A DNA stretch of 64,000 nt from an uncultured Alphaproteobacteria bacterium. GTDB lineage: Bacteria; Pseudomonadota; Alphaproteobacteria; Rhizobiales; Xanthobacteraceae. The stretch is from assembly GCA_963721025.1 (NCBI GenBank), contig CAVRHN010000014.1, positions 87,835 to 151,834 of the forward strand, in the 5' to 3' direction. A model generated the notes under the pieces. That model was not told where the DNA came from. It made no database searches and saw only the letters and a program-made list of their open reading frames with translations. Made by a program: the position numbers and the translations under genes. Below, in pieces: positions 42,958 through 51,725 of the stretch (position 1 is the first letter of the stretch; each line of letters starts with the position of its first letter).

Positions 42958-44549
42958 TGCTCGGCGATCCGGCAGCGGTCGCGGTCGAGCCGCCCCACGC
43001 GCGAAACCGCGTCACCATCGACGAGGTGTTCCGCCGCCTTGCCGAGCGGCGGCCGGACGCGCTGGCGCTCGCCGACGCGCCGAACCGGCAGAGCTATACC
43101 GACGCCGCGCCGCGTCGGCTCAGCTTCGCCGAGGCCGACCGCATGGTCTCGGCGATCGCCGGGCGGCTGCGCGGCATGGGCCTGCCGATCGACGCCATCG
43201 TCGGCATCCAATTGCCGAATGTCGTCGAGAACATCCTGGCGACGCTCGGCGTGCTGCGCGCGGGAATGATCGTTGCGCCGCTGCCGCTCTTGTGGCGGCG
43301 CGCCGACGCCGTCGCCGCGCTCGGGCGCATCGGCGCCAAGGCGCTGATCACCTGCGCCCGTGTCGGCGCCTTCGATCACGGCGGCCTCGCCATGCACGTG
43401 GCGGCGGAAGTATTTTCCATTCGCTACGTATGCGGCTTCGGCAGCAATCTGCCGGACGGCGTGGTAGCGCTCGACGACTTGTTCACCGCCGACAAGCTCG
43501 AGCCTGTTCCGCCGCTCGACCGCGAGCGGCAAAACAATGCCGCCGCGCATGTCGCCGCCATCACCTTCGAGGTCGGCGACGGCGGTATTGTGCCGGTGGC
43601 GCGCAACCATCCCGAACTGCTCGCGGCGGGGCTCGCCGTGCTGCTGGAAAGCCGCTTGCCGCAACATGCGAGCATTCTTTCGGCGTTGCCTCCCGCTTCC
43701 TTCGCCGGCATCGGCCTGACGCTGCTGCCGTGGCTGTTAAGCGGCGGCACGCTCGTCCTGCACCACGCGTTTGATCCGGATATTTTCGCCGCTCAGCGGC
43801 AAAGCGATCGCTGCGACGCGCTGATCCTGCCGGCCTCCGTGGCCTTTCGCCTCGCCGAGGCTGGCGCTTTCGCCGGCGGCGGCCCGGCCTGCGTGATCGC
43901 GGCCTGGCGTTCGCCGGAACGGCTCGCCGCGAGTCCAGCCTGGCGCGAACCGAGCGCCGTGCTCGTCGATGTTCCGATCTTCGGGGAAGCCGCGCTTGTT
44001 GCCTCACGCCGCGGCGCCGGTGGCGCACTGAACCCCGTTCGCCTCGGTCCGATCGTTGCGCCACGCGAAGGCACGGGCGGCGTCGCAGTCGCCGAACTCC
44101 TTCGGACCGACGCGGGCATGCTCGCGCTGCGCGGTCCCATGGTGCCGCACCATTCCTTCCCGCCGGGAATCGAACGCTCGGGCCTGCCCCATTTCAAGGT
44201 CGGTCGCAGGGGACTGGTCGAAACCGACTACGCCTGCCGTATCGATTCCGGCAGCAAGGCAATGGTGCTCATCGAAGCGCCCTCCGGGATCGCCTGCGTC
44301 GGCGGCTATCGTTTCTCGCTTCGCGCTCTGCAGGAGATGGTGCGCCTCATCGACAGCGGCGCGACGCTCACGGCGCTGCCGGATCCGCTTCTCGGCCAGC
44401 GTCTGGTCGGGGACGCCGCCATGCGCGAAACGATGCGGGCGGCGCTCGACGCCGCCGGCGTCAATCCCATCGTCGCCGCGGCCTTTCGCGACCGCGGCGA
44501 GTGGGAACTTGCCGGGACACCCGCCAGCGCGGCCCGAGCTTCGCGTTGA
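42954..44549 (+). CDS. ANL-superfamily (acyl-CoA synthetase-like) protein with degenerate adenylation motifs
   Basis: ATG overlaps the upstream stop (ATGA). Overall ANL layout is present (LSFAEADRMVSAIAGRL; IQLPN...GVLRAGMIVAPLP). The P-loop position reads ITFEVGDGGIVPVARNH instead of a T/S/G-rich TSGTTGxPKG. Confidence 0.65.
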   Translation: MMLGDPAAVAVEPPHARNRVTIDEVFRRLAERRPDALALADAPNRQSYTDAAPRRLSFAEADRMVSAIAGRLRGMGLPIDAIVGIQLPNVVENILATLGVLRAGMIVAPLPLLWRRADAVAALGRIGAKALITCARVGAFDHGGLAMHVAAEVFSIRYVCGFGSNLPDGVVALDDLFTADKLEPVPPLDRERQNNAAAHVAAITFEVGDGGIVPVARNHPELLAAGLAVLLESRLPQHASILSALPPASFAGIGLTLLPWLLSGGTLVLHHAFDPDIFAAQRQSDRCDALILPASVAFRLAEAGAFAGGGPACVIAAWRSPERLAASPAWREPSAVLVDVPIFGEAALVASRRGAGGALNPVRLGPIVAPREGTGGVAVAELLRTDAGMLALRGPMVPHHSFPPGIERSGLPHFKVGRRGLVETDYACRIDSGSKAMVLIEAPSGIACVGGYRFSLRALQEMVRLIDSGATLTALPDPLLGQRLVGDAAMRETMRAALDAAGVNPIVAAAFRDRGEWELAGTPASAARASR

Positions 44550-44572
44550 CGGCCCATTAACAGCGCTCTGGC

Positions 44573-45880
44573 ATGTTCGAGGCCTCGTCCTCGAATTCGT
44601 ATCCCGCCATGGCGCTGCAAGGTCCGTTTCTCGTCGTTGCCGACAACACGGCGCCGGATGTTGTCGAAGCGTTGCGCGCGGCGGGTGGTTTCCCGATTGT
44701 CGAAGCCGACTGGCGCGATGCCGCGGCGGCGGTCGCCTCGGTCGAACCGGAAGGCGTTGTGCTCGCCGACTCCTGCAGCGACAGCCAACGCGCCAGTGAG
44801 CACACTCAGGCGCTCGCCGATAAACTGAAAGCGGGTAGCGGCCCGTTCACGCCGGTCATCGCCCGCATGCGAGACGATGGTGCGAGCCTGGTGCCCGACG
44901 CGCTGGCCATTGCTGCGAGCACGCCGGCCGCGTCGATCGCGCGCCGGCTCGCCGCGGCCCTGCGCATCCGCGCGCTGCACGCCACGGTCTTGCGCCGCAC
45001 CGACACGCTCGCCTCGCGCGGCGAGCCGGTTCCCGCAACGCCGACCAGCGATCCGCTCGACGAGGCGACCGTGCTGGTCGCCGGCCGCGGCCGCTCCTAT
45101 CCGGGCCTCACGGTCGCCGTCGGCGAGCGGGTCGGCCTGGTCGGCGCATTGAGCGTCGAGAGCGCGGCGCGCGCGCTCAATGCGCGCGACATCGACGGCA
45201 TGGTGATCGGCGACGGGTTCAGCCCGCGCATCGTCGAAGCGCTGTTGACGGTGCTCGCCGAGGACGCGCGCTTTCGCGATTTGCCGGTCGCCGTGCTCGG
45301 CGGCCAGCCGAGCGTGGTCGAAGGGTTTTACGCGCTCTTGCCCAATCTCGAGCGCGTCGGCGAAGGCCACGGCCGCCTGGTCGAGCGTTTTCTGCCGTAT
45401 GTTCGGCTGCACGCTTTCGGCGAGCGGCTCAAGCGCATGCTCAAATCGCTCGACGCCAAAGGCATGATCGATCCGAACACCGGGCTGCTCGCCCACGAAG
45501 TGTTCTGGCGCGATCTCAACCGCGCCGTCGACGATGCCGAAAAGCGCGGCGTCGGCTTGTCGATCGCGCGCTTCTCCTTCGATCGCGGCGACCGCCGCGT
45601 GAGCCTCGATGCCGCGCGGCTGGTCGGCCGGCTGATGCGCCAGGTCGACTTCGCCTGCCGCGAGGTCGACGATTCGATCTTCGCGGTGTTCACCGAGACC
45701 GATCTGCGCGCGGCTCATGTCATTGCCCGCCGCATCGCCAGCGTGCTCAAGCACACCATGCTGGCGCCCGATCGCAAGCGCTCCGGCGTCGAAACCGCGG
45801 TGACGCTGGCGACGCTCAAGCCGACCGACAACGTCGAGTCCCTGATCGCGCGGGTGGCGAGCGAGGTTGCCGCGCGCTGA
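44573..45880 (+). CDS. PleD/PopA-like protein: receiver-like domains + degenerate GGDEF domain
   Basis: C-terminal GGDEF-fold pattern (DPNTGLL...F...L......GLSIARFSFD...). The signature position reads CREVDDSIF rather than GGDEF/GGEEF. Confidence 0.6.
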   Translation: MFEASSSNSYPAMALQGPFLVVADNTAPDVVEALRAAGGFPIVEADWRDAAAAVASVEPEGVVLADSCSDSQRASEHTQALADKLKAGSGPFTPVIARMRDDGASLVPDALAIAASTPAASIARRLAAALRIRALHATVLRRTDTLASRGEPVPATPTSDPLDEATVLVAGRGRSYPGLTVAVGERVGLVGALSVESAARALNARDIDGMVIGDGFSPRIVEALLTVLAEDARFRDLPVAVLGGQPSVVEGFYALLPNLERVGEGHGRLVERFLPYVRLHAFGERLKRMLKSLDAKGMIDPNTGLLAHEVFWRDLNRAVDDAEKRGVGLSIARFSFDRGDRRVSLDAARLVGRLMRQVDFACREVDDSIFAVFTETDLRAAHVIARRIASVLKHTMLAPDRKRSGVETAVTLATLKPTDNVESLIARVASEVAAR

Positions 45881-45969
45881 GGGCCGCCCCATTTATGCGG
45901 GGTCAATGCTGGCCGCTGTGGCAGCCGGTTGCCGCCCGCAAATTGCGCCAGCCGCGAAAGCTTGAAGCC

Positions 45970-46644
45970 ATGACCGATGACACCTCCGCGCCAGCGCCGT
46001 TGCGCATCGATGTCGTCTCCGACGTCGTGTGCCCCTGGTGCTATATCGGCAAACACCGGCTCGAAGCGGCAATGGCGCTCGTTCCCGACATTGCCGTCGA
46101 CGTCACTTGGCGGCCGTTCTTTCTCAATCCCTGGATCCCGCGCGAGGGCATCGACCGCAAGACTTATCTCGAAACCAAGTTCGGCTCGGTCGCGCGCTAT
46201 CACGCCATCGCCGAACGCGTCGTTGCCGCCGCCGCCGCGGAGGGGCTCGTCTACGCGCCCGACAAGGTCAGCCGACAGCCCAACACACTCGACAGCCATC
46301 GCCTCATCCTGTGGTCGCGCAGCGCCATCGAGCCCGGCCGCATGAAGCAGCGGCTGATGCAGCTCTACTTTGCCGAGGGCGCCAATCTGAGCGATCCCGA
46401 AACGCTCATCCAGGCGGCCGTCGATTGCGGCATGGACGGCGACCTGGTGCGCAAGCTCCTCGCCAGCGACGCCGACGTCGAGCGCGTCGAGCGCGAGGCC
46501 GACAGCGCCAAGGAAGCCGGCATCGACGGCGTGCCCTGCTTCATCTTCGGCGGCAGCATCATCGTCACCGGCGCGCAGTCGCCGGACTATCTTGCCGCCG
46601 CCATGAAGCAGGCGGCTGGACAGCAAGCGAGCGCGGGCGCGTAA
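45970..46644 (+). CDS. DsbA-family thiol oxidoreductase (FrnE / HCCA-isomerase-like)
   Basis: Active-site CPWC in LRIDVVSDVVCPWCYIGK. 224 aa. Confidence 0.85.
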   Translation: MTDDTSAPAPLRIDVVSDVVCPWCYIGKHRLEAAMALVPDIAVDVTWRPFFLNPWIPREGIDRKTYLETKFGSVARYHAIAERVVAAAAAEGLVYAPDKVSRQPNTLDSHRLILWSRSAIEPGRMKQRLMQLYFAEGANLSDPETLIQAAVDCGMDGDLVRKLLASDADVERVEREADSAKEAGIDGVPCFIFGGSIIVTGAQSPDYLAAAMKQAAGQQASAGA

Positions 46645-46770
46645 CTGCCCCGTCGTTGCGAGCGCGGCGCGCGGAAAGCCACGTCAAGCGCCGCATTGCG
46701 GCAGCGCGAAAGCCGAAATAAACTCTTGGCACAGAACTACAGAAATTATTTTCAGCACAGGGAAACGACA

Positions 46771-47067
46771 ATGCGCATGATGCTCAAGTTCACTCTTCCG
46801 GTCGAGAAGGGAAACGCAGCGATTGAAGACGGCGCGATCGCGCGAACTTTGGAATCGATCATGACCAAGCTCAAACCGGAAGCGGCCTATTTCGCGCCAT
46901 TAGACGGCAAACGCGGCGGCCTGATATTTTTTGATCTGGCCGATCCCTCGCAGATTCCCGAGGTGATCGAGCCGCTCTTCCTCAATCTCAATGCTGCAAC
47001 CGAGCTCACGCCGGTGATGAACGCCGACGATCTGCGCAAGGGACTCGGCAAAGCCGCACAGAAATAG
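46771..47067 (+). CDS. Small hypothetical protein (98 aa)
   Basis: ATG preceded by GGGAAA. Codon usage looks coding. No motif recognised. Confidence 0.5.
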   Translation: MRMMLKFTLPVEKGNAAIEDGAIARTLESIMTKLKPEAAYFAPLDGKRGGLIFFDLADPSQIPEVIEPLFLNLNAATELTPVMNADDLRKGLGKAAQK

Positions 47068-47097
47068 CGGCGTTCTCGCGGCGCGACCGCTTGTCTT

Positions 47098-47215
47098 CAC
47101 CTCCCTCTGGAGGGGGAGGTCGGCGCAGCAAAGGTGCGCCGGGAGGGGGTGAGCCAACTCACGATCTAATAGAAGATCACCCCACCCCGCGCCCTTCCGG
47201 GCGCGACCCTCCCCC
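47098..47215. repeat. Pair of hairpin + G-rich/C-rich repeat units (same class as the DUF559 flanks), with no gene between
   Basis: CCTCCCTCTGGAGGGGGAGG...GGAGGGGGTGAG ... TCACCCCACCCC-GCGCCCTTCCGGGCGC-GACCCTCCCCC. Confidence 0.7.
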
Positions 47216-47256
47216 AACCGAAGTCGGATGTTTCCGGCTTCGGTCACTCTTGAATT

Positions 47257-47284
47257 GCTGAACTCGGGAACACCCGAGTTCAGC
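47257..47284. repeat. Perfect 12-bp-stem hairpin
   Basis: GCTGAACTCGGG-AACA-CCCGAGTTCAGC. Confidence 0.8.
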
Positions 47285-47363
47285 GGGAAGGGTGAAGCGA
47301 ATGCGCAAGGAAAAGTCCATTTGTTCTCGCAACGCGATGCGCGCCCGAGGCATGCCGTACAAC

Positions 47364-47411
47364 CGCATGATCCCGAAAAGTGGCTACCGGTTTTCGCGCA
47401 AGATCATGCGC
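47364..47411. repeat. Palindromic element ..GCATGATC...GATCATGCGC (copy 2)
   Basis: Same arms and CCGGTTTTCG core as the copies at 28882 and 59187. Confidence 0.8.
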
Positions 47412-47513
47412 AAGAGACAGTCAACCACGTCGCTGCGCACCATCGCGTCACGCCTGAACCGGCGGTGGGACCGGTTTTGGGCTCGATCATGCTCGGCGAC
47501 AAATCCGTAGTCA

Positions 47514-47602
47514 GTAGCCCGGGTTGAGCAACGCGAAACCCGGGATGGACCTTTCAAGCCTTTCGATCGTCCCCGGGTGTCGCTTCGCTCCACCCGGGCT
47601 AC
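47514..47602. repeat. REP/MITE-like hairpin element GTAGCCCGG...CCGGGCTAC (copy 1)
   Basis: Left arm GTAGCCCGGGTTGAGCAACGCGAAACCCGGG is inverted against ...CCCCGGGTGTCGCTTCGCTCCACCCGGGCTAC. Confidence 0.8.
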
Positions 47603-48104
47603 AACCACAATAAAAGGAAGCAGAACGCCGGCAGGCGCATTTTTCCTTTGATGAGCCGCATCAGCGGATGCGGCGCGCACCTTAACGCGGCGCGCTCGCC
47701 TGACGGCGTTCCACCGCGGTACTTGCGGCCGCGAGCCAACGCCACCGCTCAGCTCCAGAACGCGCTTCCTGGGACGCGGCCTCCTCCAGGCGTTACCTGA
47801 AAGCGACCTATCCCAGTCCAGCGACAAAGTCGCAGACCGGTCATCGTGCCGGCCGGGCGTTTTCCCGTTAGCCGCCCGGGCGCGGAGGTGACGAGCCCCC
47901 GCCCGCGGGAACCGCTCCTGCCCCATCGGCCGATGTCACCCGGCCGACGTCCTTGCGTGGGCAAGATAAAGCACCGTAACATATACGGTGACTAATTGTC
48001 AAGGACCCGTCGCCAATCGCGCGACACATTCTTGTGATATACATTCCGCGGCGCGGCGCTGAACCCCGCGCATGGACATCGCGCAAAAACCCAAAGGAAT
48101 GCCG

Positions 48105-48680
48105 ATGATCAAGCCCAAGCTGCACCATGTCACGATGAAAACAACACGCCTGGACGAGATGATCGCGTGGTACGCGCTCGTCATCGGCGCCAAGGTCCAA
48201 TTCAGGGACAAGATGGCGGCCTGGACCACCAATGACGCGGCCAATCACCGCATCGCCTTTCTCGCCGTGCCGGGGCTGAGCGACGACGCCGACAAGGTCC
48301 GCCATAACGGCATGCACCACTGCGCCTTCGAATACGACAGCTTCGCCGATCTGATGGCGTCGTTCGACCGGCTGCGCCAGGCGGGCGTCGAGCCGGCGTT
48401 TTGTCTCGACCACGGCATGACGATTTCGCTCTACTACAAAGACCCCGAAGGCAACTTCGTCGAGTTGCAGAGCGACAGTTTTTCCGATTGGAACCTGTCC
48501 AGCGAATGGATGCGGACGTCGGCGGATTTTGCCCGAGATCCGATCGGCACCTTCTTCGATCCGGCGCGCGTCTACGACGCCTTCAAATCCGGCATCGATT
48601 TCAAGGCGCTGCAAAAGACGATCCGCGGCGGCGCTTATCTGCCCGACCCCATCCCCACCATCGGTTTGCCGACGCCGTGA
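48105..48680 (+). CDS. VOC-family protein (glyoxalase / extradiol dioxygenase fold)
   Basis: Pattern LHHVTMKT...H.AF.......HHCAFEY....... ...GMTISLYYKDPEGNFVELQ. ATG at 48105 has an AAGGA RBS; the upstream ATG at 48072 is the alternative. Confidence 0.78.
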   Translation: MIKPKLHHVTMKTTRLDEMIAWYALVIGAKVQFRDKMAAWTTNDAANHRIAFLAVPGLSDDADKVRHNGMHHCAFEYDSFADLMASFDRLRQAGVEPAFCLDHGMTISLYYKDPEGNFVELQSDSFSDWNLSSEWMRTSADFARDPIGTFFDPARVYDAFKSGIDFKALQKTIRGGAYLPDPIPTIGLPTP

Positions 48681-48707
48681 GGCCGGGCGATGGTGCCGGT
48701 GCCGTCG

Positions 48708-49118
48708 TTAGCCGGCCTCGCTCCACAGCTTCAAAGCGCAATGGCCGGCGATGCGCTTAAAATCATTGTCGGTTGATAGCATCGTCAGGCCATGGCGAAT
48801 GCAGAGCTGCGCCAGCAGAGCATCGATCGTGCCAATCTGGAGGCCGGCGCGACGACAAATGTTCCTCAACTCCGCCGCGCCGATGTGATCCTGGCGATCC
48901 GGCACAAGCAGCGGCACCGCGGAAAATCGATCCAAAATTTGCGCGCGGGCTCTCGGTCCTGAAAAACCTTGCAACAGCTCCTGGAGCACAAGGCCCGTGG
49001 TCAACAGCGTCTCCCCGGATTCGATCGCGCGGATCAACATCCGCAATGCCGCGGTTTGCGGCGGGGTGTCACGCCGCAGCGCCAGCGACCAAACACTGGT
49101 ATCGATGAACAAACTCAA
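48708..49118 (-). CDS. vapC: PIN-domain toxin VapC
   Basis: N-terminal FIDTSVW (first acidic residue) and C-terminal LSTDNDF. 136 aa. TTG start at 49118. Confidence 0.85.
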   Translation of the reverse strand: MSLFIDTSVWSLALRRDTPPQTAALRMLIRAIESGETLLTTGLVLQELLQGFSGPRARAQILDRFSAVPLLVPDRQDHIGAAELRNICRRAGLQIGTIDALLAQLCIRHGLTMLSTDNDFKRIAGHCALKLWSEAG

Positions 49119-49142
49119 TCGCGCGCCCGTTCCGCCTTATAG

Positions 49143-49316
49143 TCATAAGACAGAGTCCCACTCGAGCTTGCCCATCAGATCAAGCAGGCGCTTCTGCCGT
49201 CTGCGCGCGATAAATTCCTGCAGCGCTTTGGTGACGGCGGCCTTTTTGGTGCGCTCGCCGCTCACTTCCAGCGCACGGTCGATGAGTTCCGGATCGATCG
49301 ACAGGTTCGTTGCCAT
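49143..49316 (-). CDS. vapB: VapB-family antitoxin
   Basis: 57 aa. MATNLSIDPELIDRALEVSGERTKKAAVTKALQEFI pattern of the VapB / DUF2191-type antitoxins. Lies 24 nt upstream of vapC. Confidence 0.8.
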   Translation of the reverse strand: MATNLSIDPELIDRALEVSGERTKKAAVTKALQEFIARRRQKRLLDLMGKLEWDSVL

Positions 49317-49365
49317 GTGTGACTCTCCACACATCGTATGACACAAAGCACCAGGCCGAGCAATC

Positions 49366-49472
49366 GTCATTGCGAGGGGCCAACGGGTCCGGCCCGATGA
49401 CAGGCTCCGCGAAATCCGGGGAACGGCCGTGAGTTTGAACGCCGGATTTCGTTTTCACCCAATCCGGGCTAC
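49366..49472. repeat. Composite REP element (GTCATTGCGAGG...GATGACAGGCTCCGCGA + CCGGATTTCG...CCGGGCTAC)
   Basis: Shares CCAACGGGTCCGGCCC-GATGACAGGCTCCGCGA with 51449..51540, and the CCGGGCTAC-type arm with 47514, 49868 and 51541. Confidence 0.8.
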
Positions 49473-49530
49473 GCTTGCTCGGCGCCCTCACCGATCCAGG
49501 GGCGAACAAGTTCCACATGGGAGGTGCCAA

Positions 49531-49806
49531 ATGCCGTTATGCGTCGTTGTTCATCATCTCAAAGACTTCAATGAATGGATTACGCTGTTCACGGCCAACC
49601 CGCCGCCGCCGGTGGGGCGTTGGCGCCTGGCGCGCGGCATCGACGATCGCAACCGCGTTCACGTCGTCGGCGAAGTGAGCGCGGCGGAAGTCAAGGACGT
49701 AAAGGACTTCTTGAATTCGCCACGCATGCAGGACGTCTTTCGGCGCGTCAACGCGATGTCGACGGTGCCGCTCGAGTTCGTCTGGCTCGACGAGGTAAAA
49801 CCCTGA
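49531..49806 (+). CDS. Small hypothetical protein (91 aa)
   Basis: ATG preceded by GGGAGG. The ORF is bracketed by REP elements. No motif recognised. Confidence 0.45.
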   Translation: MPLCVVVHHLKDFNEWITLFTANPPPPVGRWRLARGIDDRNRVHVVGEVSAAEVKDVKDFLNSPRMQDVFRRVNAMSTVPLEFVWLDEVKP

Positions 49807-49867
49807 TCGTCGCGCACAACGCGCGCTGAAATTCGCGACGGCTGCAGGTTAGCGAGTAGATGAGCGA

Positions 49868-49948
49868 GTAGCCCGGATGGAGCGGCAGCGAAATCCGGGG
49901 GCGGCCGTGAGGTTGACCTCGGATTTCGTTTCACTCAATCAGGGCTAC
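49868..49948. repeat. REP/MITE-like hairpin element GTAGCCCGG...AGGGCTAC (copy 2)
   Basis: GTAGCCCGGATGGAGCGGCAGCGAAATCCGGG is inverted against CTCGGATTTCGTTTCACTCAATCAGGGCTAC. Confidence 0.8.
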
Positions 49949-50119
49949 GACCGCTCGATGAGAGCATTACCGGTTGTGACCATTTCGGGCATCAGCGGCT
50001 CAATTGATGCGGGTCAATAAAGCATTGGAGCGAATCAAATAGAAATCGAACTGGCCTCCGCGTGAGTCTGCACCTGGAAGCAAACGATTGCGTCAAGACA
50101 AACTGAAATCGCAACGGCC

Positions 50120-51337
50120 ATGAGAACTCTTTTTAAATCGTTTCGCAATGGATATGGGTTTGTCGCCGGCTGTTTCCTCTGTACTCTGCTCGCTGGGCTA
50201 TTCCTGCCTCTGACGGCCTCGGCCGGCGATCTGGAGAATGCAATCGCCAAATCGGCGGATCGTGAAGGATCGCCCGCACCATTCAGTCTTCCCAAACGCC
50301 CGCTGATCGAGAGCGCTCCGCGCTGGACTATCTCAGCCGAGGCCATTGTCTTGGGCCGTTTGGGCGGCGTCAATCAAACACTCGTTGAACGCGTGCCGGG
50401 CACCGTACCCTTCTTCACCTCACCACCCTACCCACCCTACAATACGTTCAACGCTCCTGGCGTCGAAGCGTTCAACAGCAACCAGTTTCGCCAGGGTTTT
50501 TCCGCAGGACCGAACATAAGCCTGACTTACCACGGCAATTCCGGCTACGGCGTGGAGTTGTCGTATTTCAACATCTTCGACCAAAGCGCCAGCAAAACTA
50601 TCGGTCCGGACAATCCGGCAGACTGGCTGGTGATGAAGGCTCCCGGCCTCTTTTGGCAAACTCAAGATTTTCCGTACCAAGGAATGGCATGGCGTGCCGC
50701 CACGAATCTTTATAACGTCGAGGCCAACGGGCGATTGGACATCACCAGCCGCGTGACGCTATTGGCCGGAGTCCGTTGGCTTCAGTTGAACGACGATCTT
50801 GAAGGGACGTTGACCCCCGCAGATCGCAGTCAGCCTACATGGAAGCAAAATCCTCTTTATCTTGACTCCAATCTTTTTCAGGTCGGCATGCTCGCCCCCG
50901 TTTTACCGGCAGTAAATTACCCGCCCTTCTGGAATACAAGCACGACGAACAATCTTTTTGGCGTCCAAATCGGCGCGGACGTAAAACTGCTGGAATTCGG
51001 CCGCTTATCGGTCAACGGCCTGATTAAGGCTGGGCTATTTGATAACTATGCCGAGCAGTCGACCGGAGTCAGCCTCAAGAAGCAGGTATTCCCATCGCAA
51101 GCCACGACCAACCACGCCGCCTTCGTCAGCGAAGCCGGCTTGCAGGTGAAATATCAGCTTCTCAACGGGCTGGCGCTCAAGGCAGGCTACGAAGTGCTAT
51201 GGCTCGACGGCGTTGCCTTGGCGCCTGGACAGATCCAGGAAACTTTGACTCTGGCGAATGTGCGCGCGCTTGGCGTCAACTGCGGGTCAAGCGTGCTGTT
51301 TCAAGGAGCCACAGCCGGGTTAGAGTATTCGTTTTAA
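50120..51337 (+). CDS. Putative outer-membrane beta-barrel protein
   Basis: Signal peptide ending ...LTASA. Alternating amphipathic strands, aromatic-rich. C-terminal ...AGLEYSF (terminal Phe). Visibly lower G+C than the core genes. Confidence 0.62.
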   Translation: MRTLFKSFRNGYGFVAGCFLCTLLAGLFLPLTASAGDLENAIAKSADREGSPAPFSLPKRPLIESAPRWTISAEAIVLGRLGGVNQTLVERVPGTVPFFTSPPYPPYNTFNAPGVEAFNSNQFRQGFSAGPNISLTYHGNSGYGVELSYFNIFDQSASKTIGPDNPADWLVMKAPGLFWQTQDFPYQGMAWRAATNLYNVEANGRLDITSRVTLLAGVRWLQLNDDLEGTLTPADRSQPTWKQNPLYLDSNLFQVGMLAPVLPAVNYPPFWNTSTTNNLFGVQIGADVKLLEFGRLSVNGLIKAGLFDNYAEQSTGVSLKKQVFPSQATTNHAAFVSEAGLQVKYQLLNGLALKAGYEVLWLDGVALAPGQIQETLTLANVRALGVNCGSSVLFQGATAGLEYSF

Positions 51338-51448
51338 GAAGCGGCCGGCGGGTCCGGCATGTCAGCTTTCGCACCGCTTTCGGGGGCAGAGCGGACGTTA
51401 TGCGCTTCCGATCAAGCACTCGAATTATGAGTGAGCAAGGAGCCGCAT

Positions 51449-51623
51449 GAGCCAACGGGTCCGGCCCGAAGTCGGGGCACTCCATCGCGCTCGCGCGATG
51501 GAGACCCCGGGCCGGCCGATGACAGGCTCCGCGACGAAGCAAGTGGCCGGGATTGAGCGGTAGCGAAATCCGGCAAGCAGCCGTGAAGCGGGTCCCGGAT
51601 GTCGCCCGGCCTATCCGGGGTAC
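51449..51623. repeat. Composite REP cluster with a nested palindromic insertion
   Basis: Same unit as 49366..49472, but with an extra ~50 nt after GGTCCGGCCC that carries the 10-bp-stem palindrome CTCCATCGCG-CTCG-CGCGATGGAG. Followed by a GGCCGGGATTGAGCGGTAGCGAAATCCGG...CCGGGGTAC arm pair. Confidence 0.75.
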
Positions 51624-51725
51624 GCTTGCTGAGGGGTGGCGGATTAAATCTTCGGCTGATCCGCCCGGCGCGCTGTGCTCAACCCTACTTGCACGCGCTG
51701 GCGGCGCGCGATGCCGCGGCGGCAA

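Noticed and set aside
41077-45892. Minus-strand ORFs 41077..42954 (625 aa) and 44306..45892 (528 aa)
   Set aside because: They are antisense to the SBP and the GGDEF-like gene. Composition is Arg/Gly/Ala/His-rich with no domain pattern.
46727-46742. TGGCAC motif upstream of the 98-aa ORF, considered as a sigma54 -24 element
   Set aside because: Ten nucleotides after the GG the sequence is CA, not the required GC of the -12 element (TGGCACAGAACTACAG). It is not a sigma54 promoter.
47384-47926. 180-aa minus-strand ORF in the repeat mosaic
   Set aside because: The sequence is extremely Arg-rich and low in complexity, and it runs through REP elements. It is not credible as a protein.
50120-51337. 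OMP gene considered as a third component of the FRG/TIR-like cassette
   Set aside because: It is on the opposite strand, convergent with the FRG gene, and separated from it by a ~390-nt REP cluster. More likely it is an independent module.
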